From: a virus
Taxonomy: Duplodnaviria > Caudoviricetes
Length of the DNA: 64,000 nt
Direction: 5' to 3' (one strand)
IMG/VR virus record: IMGVR_UViG_3300028549_000365
Coordinates: 64,001-128,000 of that record
Shown: one piece after another, positions 10,410-21,400 of the stretch
Layout of the letters: every line of letters begins with the position of its first letter
Position numbering within the stretch: the stretch's first letter is position 1
Translations under genes and position numbers: made by a program
The notes under the pieces: model-generated
Databases searched by the model: none
What the model saw: only the letters and a program-made list of their open reading frames with translations
What the model was told of the DNA's origin: nothing

Positions 10410-11849
10410 ATGGAAAATACATATAATGTAATAATGTACACTGATGGTTCAGCTTGGCCGTCAAGCAGAGGTTTCTACGGTGGAGGTGTGCACGGTTATC
10501 TATACTGTGAAAAAGACTTAGTGGAAAAGAGCAGAGATAAACATCCTAACTACTTCATAACTGAAGCAGGTTATATTTCTCAAGAAGATATAGCTAAGTA
10601 TTTAGGTAAACACATTAACCCTAGTTATTATATAGACGGTGCGTATTCATACCACGGACAAGGAACTAGTAACAGAGGTGAGTTAAATGGTGTAATAGAA
10701 ACATTTAAAGGTTTATTAGACACTAAACTTAAATTTGACACTATAAGTATATTGGCAGATAGTAGCTATACTATAGGTCTATTAACACATATACTTAATG
10801 GTAATAAAGATATATTCCAAGATCTTAATAAACCAAATAGAGATTTGATATTAGAACTAGCTTCATGTGTTAATAGTTTAACAGAGTTGGGTGTTAAAAT
10901 AAATATAACATATATAGAAGCACATTCAACTCATTTAGGAAATAACATAGCTGACCGTATGGCGTTTATAGGTAGAAATAAATCTTACAAAGGTATCGCT
11001 GAAATAACTTTTAACTTATCGGACGGTAAAAACTACTGGAAACCTAAGTTTGAAAAAGACCCATTAATAAACTTTAAACAGATATTCTTTACTAACGAAG
11101 CTAGAGGTTTAGCTAATAAATATATATACACAATAATGGATTATAAAACAGATGTGGAGTTAGGTAAGAAATCTAGTACCGCTACATTTGGTGTCGTTGT
11201 TAAAAGCAAGCCTGTGGAAGAGATAGAAACTGTTATAGATGCATTTCAAAAAGGTATGGGGTCTTATAGTGTATTATCTACAATAAACACTAAAGAAGTT
11301 TATACGCAAGCTAATATGTTGTATAGTAAAGTATTTGGAACTAGTGTTTATAGTTTTAATAGAAAAAACCATTACTTAACTTTAGTCGAACAGAATGTTG
11401 TTGCTAATGCTATAAACCCACCTGGTTTAGCTAATCAAGCTATGACTAAGACTATGACTTTGATGCAGATGTTAAACACATATAAAGACTACCTCTTAAT
11501 CAACGCTACAACCACCTACAGGACGTTCATAGACATCACTAGTAGTATCTATGGTATTAATGATAAAAACAAGCCTGTGACCATTCTACCTATGATAGAT
11601 GGAGTATTAAAGATACCTGTAAATATAAAGGGTGAAGAAGTTATTATCAATATGGATATTGGTACGGATACATTATCTAGAAACCAATTTAATCAACTAG
11701 TTGATAAGAATGTTGTTGTTACACTAGTTATAGACCAACATACAGATAAATATCTAGATTACTATATGATAGTAGATGTTAAAGACGATGATGACATAGC
11801 TGTATATTGTAACTTCTTTAGTAACAAAGTATTTTTCAAAACAAAATAA
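10410..11849 (+). CDS. Ribonuclease HI-like protein with C-terminal extension (phiKZ gp155-like)
   Basis: YTDGS, RGELNG, LADSSY, EAHSTHLGNNIADRMA: complete RNase HI catalytic set. Confidence 0.85.
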   Translation: MENTYNVIMYTDGSAWPSSRGFYGGGVHGYLYCEKDLVEKSRDKHPNYFITEAGYISQEDIAKYLGKHINPSYYIDGAYSYHGQGTSNRGELNGVIETFKGLLDTKLKFDTISILADSSYTIGLLTHILNGNKDIFQDLNKPNRDLILELASCVNSLTELGVKINITYIEAHSTHLGNNIADRMAFIGRNKSYKGIAEITFNLSDGKNYWKPKFEKDPLINFKQIFFTNEARGLANKYIYTIMDYKTDVELGKKSSTATFGVVVKSKPVEEIETVIDAFQKGMGSYSVLSTINTKEVYTQANMLYSKVFGTSVYSFNRKNHYLTLVEQNVVANAINPPGLANQAMTKTMTLMQMLNTYKDYLLINATTTYRTFIDITSSIYGINDKNKPVTILPMIDGVLKIPVNIKGEEVIINMDIGTDTLSRNQFNQLVDKNVVVTLVIDQHTDKYLDYYMIVDVKDDDDIAVYCNFFSNKVFFKTK

Positions 11850-11851
11850 CA

Positions 11852-11881
11852 TATGTAACAACACTAACGTGTTGTTACATA
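11852..11881. terminator. Hairpin at a convergent junction
   Basis: tatgtaacaacac-taac-gtgttgttacata, 13-bp stem. Confidence 0.7.
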
Positions 11882-12744
11882 GTTCTTTGTGTTATCTCAT
11901 CTATTGTTATATTTGTAGTTATAACTAATTGATTTATAAGATGTACAGCAGATATAACAACTGTAACTAAATTAGCTGTTTCTTCTATAGCGTACCCTAA
12001 GTCGATTAATCTATTTTGTTCTACAACTACGTCTTTCTTTTCTTTTAATAGTTCATATAGACTATCAGTTTTTTCAGATACACTTTTAGTAGATTTTTCT
12101 ATATCTTTTAGATATTTAACAGATGTTACATTTCCTAAACTAATTAGATTTTTATACACAACTGATAGACTAGATAAGTTAGGTAACAACTCATTTATTT
12201 TTTTTCTATCTGTAAGTAAGTTAGGATTTATTATCTCAGTTAGAACTTTCTTCACTGTAGCGTGTTCATAATCATAACTTATGTCTAAAGGTCTAGAAGA
12301 TGTTCTAAAGTGTTTATCACCTATAAACATACCTAGCATTGTATCTAAATCATTTAACTTAACAGCTAATTCTTTTAATAAAAGATCTTTAAGTGTCACT
12401 AACTTATCACTAGCTGTTACTAGATCTACGTCCATACCTATCATAACAGGTATTTCTATTTTACCTACAGCTGAGTATGAACCATTATCTATAATAGCTT
12501 TTATCTTAGAATGGTTTGATATCAGTGTATCAAAATGTGTATTTATAACTTTAGCGTCAAGTTCGTCTGCTCGTTGGTTATTGATAGTAAATATATCTTT
12601 TACTCTTTGTAACTTTTCTGTAAAAAATGAACCTACTTCTTTAAGTACAGTTAAATCTTCTACGGTTACTGTTACTTCAGCTCTAGCTTTAAGATTAGGT
12701 ATTTGAGCTAATATACTAATAGTATCTGCTGATAAATTTTTCAT
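11875..12744 (-). CDS. Hypothetical, probably virion, protein
   Basis: 289-aa ORF between RNase H and UvsX, same position as phiKZ gp153. Confidence 0.5.
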   Translation of the reverse strand: MKNLSADTISILAQIPNLKARAEVTVTVEDLTVLKEVGSFFTEKLQRVKDIFTINNQRADELDAKVINTHFDTLISNHSKIKAIIDNGSYSAVGKIEIPVMIGMDVDLVTASDKLVTLKDLLLKELAVKLNDLDTMLGMFIGDKHFRTSSRPLDISYDYEHATVKKVLTEIINPNLLTDRKKINELLPNLSSLSVVYKNLISLGNVTSVKYLKDIEKSTKSVSEKTDSLYELLKEKKDVVVEQNRLIDLGYAIEETANLVTVVISAVHLINQLVITTNITIDEITQRTM

Positions 12745-12846
12745 GTGATATCCTTATGTGTTTATATTCAGTAAAACAGGTTTATACGTTGTAACATTTT
12801 TTTAACTTAGTAGAATTAGTTAGAGTAAATAAACAAGGAGTATAGA

Positions 12847-14277
12847 ATGTTAAGATTTGGAAGCGAAAATAATATTAAGCCTAAGATACATATTAACATA
12901 GGTGCGTTATTTGATGTACCTACAGCTAGTATAATGACTGGGTCAAGAGGCGAGAGTATAATGAATGGTGGTTTAGGACAAATCACTGGTATAGTTGGAC
13001 ATGGTAACAATTATAAAAGTACTATTATGCACTATATGATGTTATCGGCGTGTGATAAAATAATGGCCACCACACCATCTGGTATGACTACGTATGATAC
13101 AGAAGTAAACATATCTATAGACAGATTAACTAATCTTGCTAGTGGTTTTGAAAACTTACCTTTTGATCCAATAGTAGGTGATACACCAGTATGGTCTGTA
13201 ACTGATAAAGCTACTGAAGCCGCTAATAAATGGGCTATAGGATTAAATAAGTATGCTGATGATAAAGTTAAAGGTAATAAGTATGTAGTCGACTATACTG
13301 CGTTCAAAGACCCTTTTACAAAAGGTGTGTTAAAAGTACAAACACCTACGTTTTGTGAAATAGATTCGCTTAGTGAATTTGAAGCTACTAGTACAATAGA
13401 TATGTTGTCTAACGACTTAGACGATAGTAGTACAAATACATTTGCTATGAAACAAGGTTTATTTAAAACTAAATTTCTTTCGCAACTACCAAGTTTAGCT
13501 AACTCAGCTAACATATTCTTCTTACTATCAGCACAGATAGGTGAGAAAATAAATATGGAGACTGGTCCTATGGCTAAGTATAATCAACCTACTAAGAAAC
13601 TACAGTATCTTAAACAAGGTGATGCTATAAAAGGTGTTAGTAGTAAGTTTTTCTTTTTACTTAACTCAGCTTGGTACGCACATACAGCTACATTATTAAA
13701 TAACCAAACAACTAAGATGCCAGAGTATCCTATGAGTTCTGAAGATACTTTAAACACTGATCTAAACGTAGTTAAACTTACACAAATGAGAAGTAAGAAC
13801 GGACCAAGTGGTTATACTTTAGAGATAGTTGTTAGTCAAACAGATGGTGTATTACCTACACTTACTGAATTTCATTATATTAAAAGTATGGACAGATTTG
13901 GTTTAGAGGGTACACTTGTTCACTATAGTTTGACTTTACTACCTGAAGTAAAACTTTCTAGAGGTACGGTTAGAAGAAAAATAGATGATGACCCTAAGTT
14001 GCGAAGAGCTATAAACATAACTTCTGAGTTATTACAGTTTCATAAGTTTCATCCGCATTTAAGAAACCAAGGGTTATTATGTACACCTAAAGAACTACAT
14101 GATGATCTTATTGCACTTGGATATGATTGGGATGTATTACTTAATACAAGAGGTTATTGGTTAGTAGATAACTATAACCCTAATCATTTACCATTCTTGT
14201 CTACTATAGACTTAATGAAAATGAGAAAGGGCTTATATAAACCTTATTTTCTAGAAGAAAATAGAAAGGTAGCTTAA
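12847..14277 (+). CDS. uvsX: UvsX/RecA-like recombinase
   Basis: Walker A variant GHGNNYKST, Walker B EIDSLSEF, KLTQMRSKNGPSG; phiKZ gp152 type. Confidence 0.8.
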   Translation: MLRFGSENNIKPKIHINIGALFDVPTASIMTGSRGESIMNGGLGQITGIVGHGNNYKSTIMHYMMLSACDKIMATTPSGMTTYDTEVNISIDRLTNLASGFENLPFDPIVGDTPVWSVTDKATEAANKWAIGLNKYADDKVKGNKYVVDYTAFKDPFTKGVLKVQTPTFCEIDSLSEFEATSTIDMLSNDLDDSSTNTFAMKQGLFKTKFLSQLPSLANSANIFFLLSAQIGEKINMETGPMAKYNQPTKKLQYLKQGDAIKGVSSKFFFLLNSAWYAHTATLLNNQTTKMPEYPMSSEDTLNTDLNVVKLTQMRSKNGPSGYTLEIVVSQTDGVLPTLTEFHYIKSMDRFGLEGTLVHYSLTLLPEVKLSRGTVRRKIDDDPKLRRAINITSELLQFHKFHPHLRNQGLLCTPKELHDDLIALGYDWDVLLNTRGYWLVDNYNPNHLPFLSTIDLMKMRKGLYKPYFLEENRKVA

Positions 14278-14690
14278 TGAAAGTTTTTGTAGTTACATTA
14301 GAATCTAAAGACAAGCATAGATATAGTTATATGTGTAATGCTGTGTGTGAGAGAGATGCTGTGATATCAGCACATGGTGAGATAATGAATAAAGGTTGGG
14401 AACATTATCTGTATGTTCCCGTTAAAATAGAAATAATAAATAGTGGAGTTTGTATGTATAATATTGGATTCGAAAGTGCCGACGGTGTGATACACGGTGT
14501 AGAGGTTGAAGGTGAATGTAAAAGAGAGGCTGTTGCGAAAGCCACTGAAGAGATAAATAAGCTTAACGGAGCTGACCATAGTTTTGTTGTAATAGACATA
14601 AGTATGTGTAATAAACAAGATGTTTGTATGAATTATAAAGCTGATAATAACCCAGTAGACTTATTTGGAGGAGTAGAAGATGGAGAATAA
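14277..14690 (+). CDS. Hypothetical protein with two similar ~55-aa halves
   Basis: Start overlaps the uvsX stop; internal similarity CERDAVISAHGEI / CKREAVAKATEEI. Confidence 0.7.
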   Translation: MKVFVVTLESKDKHRYSYMCNAVCERDAVISAHGEIMNKGWEHYLYVPVKIEIINSGVCMYNIGFESADGVIHGVEVEGECKREAVAKATEEINKLNGADHSFVVIDISMCNKQDVCMNYKADNNPVDLFGGVEDGE

Positions 14691-15033
14691 AACACCACTA
14701 ATTGTACAGTATGCGTTAGAGAAACCGCACGATGATCCAGATATGGTATTTTTCGTAGATAAAAACTTAAGAGAAGCTTTTACAGCTATAGATTTCGCTA
14801 ACAAGTTTATATGTGACCCTAGGATAGTTAGTATAAAAAATACACACTCAGCTGTGCAAAGAGTATTTATTAACCAGTTTATTATGGAAACACTTCTTAA
14901 ATATAGATCATCGCATCCTTTAAATGTTAGTGAAGCGTTGATGCTGTTAATAAATGACGCTACTGTTAACGATTGGTTCAAAATACTTAGAGAATATGTA
15001 TTTCCGTTTATGAAGAAGAACAATATTATTTGA
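14680..15033 (+). CDS. Hypothetical protein
   Basis: GGAGG RBS, overlapping operon arrangement. Confidence 0.7.
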   Translation: MENKTPLIVQYALEKPHDDPDMVFFVDKNLREAFTAIDFANKFICDPRIVSIKNTHSAVQRVFINQFIMETLLKYRSSHPLNVSEALMLLINDATVNDWFKILREYVFPFMKKNNII

Positions 15034-15053
15034 ATAAAATATAAGGATTTCCA

Positions 15054-15851
15054 ATGAAAAAAAATTTACGTAAGTGTCAGATAGCTATCAGCGAAGGCGA
15101 TAAGACTACACTAACCGATAAACAAGTTGACGTAGTAGTTAATAACGTATTACCGTTGATATGTGTTGAAAAAGAGTTCTTAGACAGAAAGCAATACACT
15201 AGCTTACTATCACCATTAGCTGATGATTTAAATGCAGTTAAGAATACATTAGTGGATACTATTTACTTAGCTGAAACCGGTAAAGAGCGTTTTACATTCA
15301 TAACTAGAACTACAAGTGTGTTAAGTAAAAGTATTGTAAATGTTTATTACGACGCTAAGTACAAAGATATTCTAATCATACCTGAGCTTAACTTATTAGG
15401 TAATGCAACTGATGATGATATTGTAATTAACAGTAAATTCGTTTTACACGGTCACGTTCTAGGTGGTGGTACATATAGAGACATTAACGAGACTTTTGAA
15501 ACTGGTACTATGGATATAAACAATAGTGTAACACATTATGAAATTCCTACTACTAAAGCAAATATCGCGTCTAATAACATTCTGCTAAACGCTAATGGTT
15601 TAAATCCACAAGCTAGTAAAGTTGGTACATATTTAGAGACTATGATAACGCCTAGTATTAACTTTGGTAATAATAACAATATTCCTGTTAGTCTAATAGA
15701 CTTAGGTAAATGGAGTGATTTGTTTATGGAGTTACCTACAATACCGTTATATGTATTATACGGAAGTAGTGTTAATGCCTATAGTATAAAATATGTTGGT
15801 AGAAAGAAACCTACGAACGATTATCGTCTATGCTTTAACTTAGTATTCTAG
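15054..15851 (+). CDS. Hypothetical protein
   Basis: 265-aa ORF with AAGGA RBS, in the operon upstream of an RNAP subunit. Confidence 0.7.
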   Translation: MKKNLRKCQIAISEGDKTTLTDKQVDVVVNNVLPLICVEKEFLDRKQYTSLLSPLADDLNAVKNTLVDTIYLAETGKERFTFITRTTSVLSKSIVNVYYDAKYKDILIIPELNLLGNATDDDIVINSKFVLHGHVLGGGTYRDINETFETGTMDINNSVTHYEIPTTKANIASNNILLNANGLNPQASKVGTYLETMITPSINFGNNNNIPVSLIDLGKWSDLFMELPTIPLYVLYGSSVNAYSIKYVGRKKPTNDYRLCFNLVF

Positions 15852-15859
15852 GACACCTT

Positions 15860-16528
15860 ATGAGTAATAGAACTAAAACTGAAGAGTTTATATTAAAGTA
15901 TGTTGATAAAATAGCACCTGGTGGTGCTAATAAAACACTTTATAGTGATCTATTTAAAAGTATGTCAGATAAAGAGTTTGATACATTTATGAAAAACTTG
16001 AGAGATAACAAGATAACTTTAAGTGTTATAATACCTAACGGTAGTAACATTAAGGTTACAGTCGCTAACAATATTAAAATAGGTAGAGAGTTAGGTTATG
16101 AGTTCTTTCAACAGTTAGCTGTAACTGGTGATAAAAATTTACCTCCTTATTTAACACCTAATAAATATCTAGTGATGAAGTTACCTATTAAAAGAGCTGC
16201 TCAGTTACTTAGTAAAAAGATATCTATCCCTAAAGATAATAAGTCTATAGATCTAACAACTGGTCAGGTCACTGGTAAGAGTAAAGGTAGTAAACTTACA
16301 GCTCCTGAAATACAAATGCTTACAGGTATGGGTATGACAGCATCTGTAAGAGAGTTACTTAAATATAGGGGTGGTGATTTAGGTTCTCTAAACGCTATGA
16401 ATCTAGCTCTATATAGAAATGGAAGTGTTAACTCTAACACACTAGAGCAATACGCTACTGGTGTTGTGGCTACTAAGACACTTAAGAACTATTGGCGTGC
16501 GTCGCATATAAAATCAAATATAATATAG
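15860..16528 (+). CDS. Virion RNA polymerase beta subunit, C-terminal fragment (phiKZ gp149-like)
   Basis: LPIKRAAQLLSKKISIP...TGQVTGKSKGSKLTAPE corresponds to the RpoB C-terminal switch region. Confidence 0.75.
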   Translation: MSNRTKTEEFILKYVDKIAPGGANKTLYSDLFKSMSDKEFDTFMKNLRDNKITLSVIIPNGSNIKVTVANNIKIGRELGYEFFQQLAVTGDKNLPPYLTPNKYLVMKLPIKRAAQLLSKKISIPKDNKSIDLTTGQVTGKSKGSKLTAPEIQMLTGMGMTASVRELLKYRGGDLGSLNAMNLALYRNGSVNSNTLEQYATGVVATKTLKNYWRASHIKSNII

Positions 16529-16555
16529 TCAGCAGTATGTTGGCTATATTTTTTT
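16522..16555 (+). terminator. Intrinsic terminator
   Basis: 13-bp stem with two G-U pairs followed by a T-run. Confidence 0.7.
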
Positions 16556-16587
16556 ATCTTCATCTCATTTATGAACAGGGGGTTATT

Positions 16588-17043
16588 ATGTTAAATAAGA
16601 TAAGATATTTATTATATAAATACAATATAATAAAGCCAAAAACATTTATAGAAAAAGTTAACTATATTCTATATATGAACATAGATATATATTCTAAATT
16701 AAGTTATAATAAAAGACGGTTCATAAACAAAGATATTATAAAAAGTATGCAGTTCATGGAGTTTGTATTACAATCAGACTTTAAAGAAACTTATATAGAC
16801 GAACTACTTAAGTACGAATACTATTACGTAACACTTACAGAGTGGTTTACAGAAAACGATAGAATGATAATTAACCCATATGATACACTTTATAAGTGGT
16901 TATGTTTAGCCGTTGAACTTAAAGAAAAATATGAATACGGAATTAAGGATAAGAATACTGGTAAGCTTTATGCTAACTCCAATAAGCTAAAACCATATAT
17001 TATTAATATAGAGGAAATTGTGGAAGACGTACTCAAAAACTAG
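16588..17043 (+). CDS. Hypothetical protein
   Basis: Start moved from 16492 to the in-frame ATG at 16588, which follows a GGGGG RBS and the terminator. Confidence 0.65.
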   Translation: MLNKIRYLLYKYNIIKPKTFIEKVNYILYMNIDIYSKLSYNKRRFINKDIIKSMQFMEFVLQSDFKETYIDELLKYEYYYVTLTEWFTENDRMIINPYDTLYKWLCLAVELKEKYEYGIKDKNTGKLYANSNKLKPYIINIEEIVEDVLKN

Positions 17044-17079
17044 TGGTAATAATAAGATTATCGCATAAAAAGGATAGCT

Positions 17080-17469
17080 ATGAATGAACAAATAGAATAC
17101 AAACCAATATCCCAAAAAACAGGCGGGATATTATCGGCGTTATGGAGACAAGTTGTTGAAGGTAAACACCTTAAACCTGTCTTACCTATATTGATAACTA
17201 AGTACTTAGATAAGAACGTAGAGATTAATAGTAGGAATGTGAAGAGAAAAGCTAAAGCTACTTTAAGAGCTAATATAGCAGCTGGTAGTATGACTTGGGC
17301 TGTTTTTAGTAATCTTATATTTAGATTTCTAGGTGCTAAAAAGTTATCTATAACTATTAAAGTAACCACAGCTAACGGAGATGAATCAATACATTATGTA
17401 ACCGTGGATAATGATGATTATGAGATGACAGAAGAAACAACAGAAGAGGAGACTAGTAATGATAAATAA
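17080..17469 (+). CDS. Hypothetical protein of phiKZ-like type
   Basis: AAGGA RBS; GGILSALWRQ...MTWAVF pattern. Confidence 0.65.
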   Translation: MNEQIEYKPISQKTGGILSALWRQVVEGKHLKPVLPILITKYLDKNVEINSRNVKRKAKATLRANIAAGSMTWAVFSNLIFRFLGAKKLSITIKVTTANGDESIHYVTVDNDDYEMTEETTEEETSNDK

Positions 17470-17893
17470 AGATGTTATAATAAAAAGTTTTGACGAAGTT
17501 ATTATGGAACTTGATACTGATGTACTTGCGGTAGTTTATAGTTTCATTGTTGATATAGATAAGTTAGCTATAATCAATATTGAATCTAAACCAAGTATAG
17601 ATGCAATAGCGAGTTATATACTTGGTATAAATCAAGAACATATACTTGACTTCTTATATCAATTTAGTGTGTCGCTTAATTTTAACGGTGTTATTAATTT
17701 AGATATGACTGAGCTACAAAAAGCTAATTCATTCCTATTCGGAAAGAATAGTGACATATTGACACCTGATTTTACTAAACAGTTAGGTAGTTCAAATGAC
17801 GCGTTAGTCTCATTAGTTAGACTATTGAAATTATACACTAAAACATGTAAAGCTAGAATAGCTGTTAAATTAAACACTGTGGGTAAAAAATGA
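17459..17893 (+). CDS. Hypothetical protein
   Basis: Overlapping operon ORF with GAGGAG RBS. Confidence 0.65.
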   Translation: MINKDVIIKSFDEVIMELDTDVLAVVYSFIVDIDKLAIINIESKPSIDAIASYILGINQEHILDFLYQFSVSLNFNGVINLDMTELQKANSFLFGKNSDILTPDFTKQLGSSNDALVSLVRLLKLYTKTCKARIAVKLNTVGKK

Positions 17894-18438
17894 AACGAGT
17901 AAATATAAGTATTAATTCAGACAGTGAGTTAGGTAAATTATTAGCTCCTGGTTATAATTGTAAACTAACAACTCCATTTGGAGTTATTAACAACCTCAGG
18001 ACGTTCATGGACTTCATAACAACACCTAACTATCCAGTTAGGTTATTAACCAAGCCTAAGCTTACTAGGGACGATATAAACTCTATTCCTAAAAGAAAGA
18101 TAAATATAGTTAACTTTTGGGCTTTGGTTGGTTATATAGTTGGTAACAGAATATTGAACGATAAAAACTTAATTAACCTACTTAAAGAAAATGATGGTGA
18201 GCTAACTAGTCGTACAACTAATAAAGTTACAATTATGGAATTAACTACCATAACTGAAACTTTGAATGTTAAGTTAGTTAAGCTTGTAGAAATATACAAA
18301 CAATATGAGAAGTTAATTAAAGAAGACAACTTTAATAAAGAATCTATAATTGCATACGTTAATTCTATAAAAGTTGATAAATCTAAAGATATATATCATG
18401 GTGTTCCTGATGTAAAAATATGGGAAGAAGATAGATAA
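17890..18438 (+). CDS. Hypothetical protein
   Basis: ATGA overlap with the previous gene; 182 aa. Confidence 0.7.
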   Translation: MKRVNISINSDSELGKLLAPGYNCKLTTPFGVINNLRTFMDFITTPNYPVRLLTKPKLTRDDINSIPKRKINIVNFWALVGYIVGNRILNDKNLINLLKENDGELTSRTTNKVTIMELTTITETLNVKLVKLVEIYKQYEKLIKEDNFNKESIIAYVNSIKVDKSKDIYHGVPDVKIWEEDR

Positions 18439-18439
18439 A

Positions 18440-18472
18440 ACATAAGATATAGGGATACCCTATATCTTATGT
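18440..18472. terminator. Hairpin at a convergent junction
   Basis: acataagatataggg-ata-ccctatatcttatgt, 15-bp perfect stem. Confidence 0.7.
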
Positions 18473-21400
18473 ATATTTTTTTCTTTCTAAATTTATAGCT
18501 GGTTTAGGAATATCCGAAACAGTTCTAGTTTTAGGTTTGTTATCTACACCTGGAGCTTCATTACCAGGTATCTGTATTTCGTCTAAGTTATTAACTTTAA
18601 GACCACCACTAATATTACTATTAAGAGCGACTATATTCTCATTCATGCCTTTAAGTGCATTTAATATTTCTGTTTGAACATTTAATGTTTGTTCTGATGT
18701 TGATGAAGTCTTAGCCAAATACTCATTTGAAGCTTTAGCTTCATTTGTTTTAACAGTATCAGCTTTTGCTTTTTCTTTATCAGCTACATTACCAGAAGGT
18801 TTATTTTCTACTTTAGTTTCTTTCTTAGGAGTAACTGTAGAAGTTTTTGATTTAGCAATATCTGTTTTTAACGTAGGTTTTACTGTAGACTTATTCTCTA
18901 CTTTAGCTTCTTTCTTAGGAGTAACTGTAGAAGTTTTCTTTTCTTTAAGTTTATCTCCAACTAATTTAGGATCTTCTCCTTTAGAAATAGCTGCTGCTTT
19001 TGGATTTTTCTTAGGGTCTATGCTAGTTCCTTTTTCCTTAATCTTTTTAACGTCAGCTTTCTTAGGTTCTATTTTAGGGTTTTGTTTACCGTCAGCAACA
19101 GGCGGTGTTCCGTTTCTAGAACCAATAGGTTCTACGTGCCAATGTTCATTAGCTAACGGACGGTATAATTTATATTTAGCTAATAACCCAGAACTATCCG
19201 CCCAGTCCATGTCAGCCTTACCAGAAGCAGCATAATTTATATCAGCGGCTATACCGACTTCATGTTTAGATTTACCCGGAGGAGCCACCCATTTACGCGC
19301 AGCTGCTTCACTACCATATTTAATTAACGCAGCCTCCCATAAAGCTTGTTGTTTAGCGGGTTCTCTGTATCCAGAGGTAAACACTAAATCTCTATTTTTT
19401 ATAGACTTAAATTCTTTACTCATACCGGCTATATTATCTAAGAATGTTTTGTCTACACCTTGTGTCTGACCTCCAGCTATTTTTAACCCTTCAGTTTGAT
19501 TACCTTTAAATAACCCAGCTACATTACCAGCCGCTGTAGTTATCATACCTACGGTGTTTTTAACAGCACCAGAGTTCATAATGTTGTCTTTAACATTTGA
19601 TAACTTATCGGTAAAACTACTAAACCAACCACCGCTAGACTTAGGTTGCGCTTGTGGTTTAGAAGGTAGAACAGCTGATTGTTTTGTATCGACGGTTCTT
19701 CCGTTAATTAGTTTAACTGGTTTACTAACTGTAGCTTGTTCTTTAGTCTTATTCTCTATTTTAGGCTTACTATCGGTAGTGTTAGATGTAGATTTAGTAC
19801 CAGTTACTTTTTTACTAGCTACTATAGCCGATCCAGCTGTCGTACCTACTGCGGTAGTTGTTTTAGCTGGAGGTTTTACAGTCGGACTAGGTGAACTACC
19901 TAACATTTTTAAAACCGTAGCTTCTTCATCATTAATACGTTTAGCAACACCTTTTTGCACATCGACCGACGAGCTTTTAAAATGCACCCCCACATTCTTA
20001 CGTTTATAAGCATAAGTAGCCTTTATTATCTTTTCATCGTCAGCCGCAGCTGGATCCAACCCAGCCGCTTTTATACCTTCTGGTATAATTGGCCTACTGC
20101 CTCCGTATTGTACACCTATCGAGTAAGCAGTACTTTGTAATGCTTTAGATCTAGTAGGTAGATCTATTCCATATTTCTTAAGTAAAGTAACCTGTGGTTG
20201 ATAATGAGATTTAGCTATAAAAGCTTCCTGATCTTCCGCGAATTCATCTGGATAATCTTTAAATATAGCTTTCCATTTATCCCCAAACTCAGGAGTACCT
20301 GGTGTTAAGCCTTTAAAATTATTTTTAAATCTACTATTAGCTACATAGTTAGCTACAGTTTTAGTAGAAAACTGATGCGTACCGTAAGAAACTCCTCCGT
20401 GATCACCTTTTCCAGATGAAACCATACCAGCACCATTCTTCTTACCTCCAGATTCAAATAACCCAGCCACTGCACCTATACCACTACTTATTAAGTCTCT
20501 AGCTTTACCGACACCAGCACTTATATAATTACCTACATTACTTATAGCGTTAGAAGTGTTTTGTACTGCAGCTGAATTCATTATATTATCTTTAACGTTA
20601 GATAAAGCGTTACCTACATTACTAACTCCATTAGCTATACTGTCACCTATCTTACCGAAGAAACCTTTCTCTTCTTTAGGGTCTACAGTGTTTCCTTTAA
20701 CAGTTTTAGTTAATTCTTTATTCTCTTTACTAGCTACACCTTTATTTTGTAGTTCACCAGCTAATTTAGCAGCTGGTACTGGATTACCGTTTTCATCGAG
20801 CACTGGATCTTTTTCGTTAAATATATCGAATCCCAATATACCTTTAGATACAGCTGAACCAAAACTATAACCTTGTGCTATGAATTTAGTTATTGACACT
20901 ACATCATTAGCTAGTAATAGTAAACCTACTCCAGGTAATAACTTAGAAGCAATTTTAGCTATTAATCTCTTACCGACTTCACCAGTTAAACGTTTAGCTA
21001 TCTTAGTTTTAAGTTGTTTTGCGTAAGATACTACTTTATCAAATATCTCTCCTCCGCCTTTCAATACTTTAGCTCCTACTTTTTTAACGTTCTCTACTAA
21101 ATTACCTCCGGCTTTCTTAGCACTATCTAATGCGTTACCACCTACCTTTTTAACAGTGTCAATAGCTGAACTACCCCATTTCTTAAACTTATCAAACATA
21201 CCACCAGATTTAGGTGCTTCTGGAGTTGGAGTAGTTATAGCTACTGGTGTTTTACCAGCCAGTTTAGTACCTAAATTAACAGCTCCTTTAGTAGCATCTA
21301 CAGCAATACCACCAGCTTTTATACCTAGTTTAAGTACACCTGTTTTATGTGCTGCGTAAGCTGCTGCTCCGTAACCAACCATTTCACCAGTTGTAGTTGC

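Noticed and set aside
16492-16587. Track start of the 183-aa ORF
   Set aside because: It overlaps the RNAP gene end and a terminator; the ATG at 16588 has the RBS.
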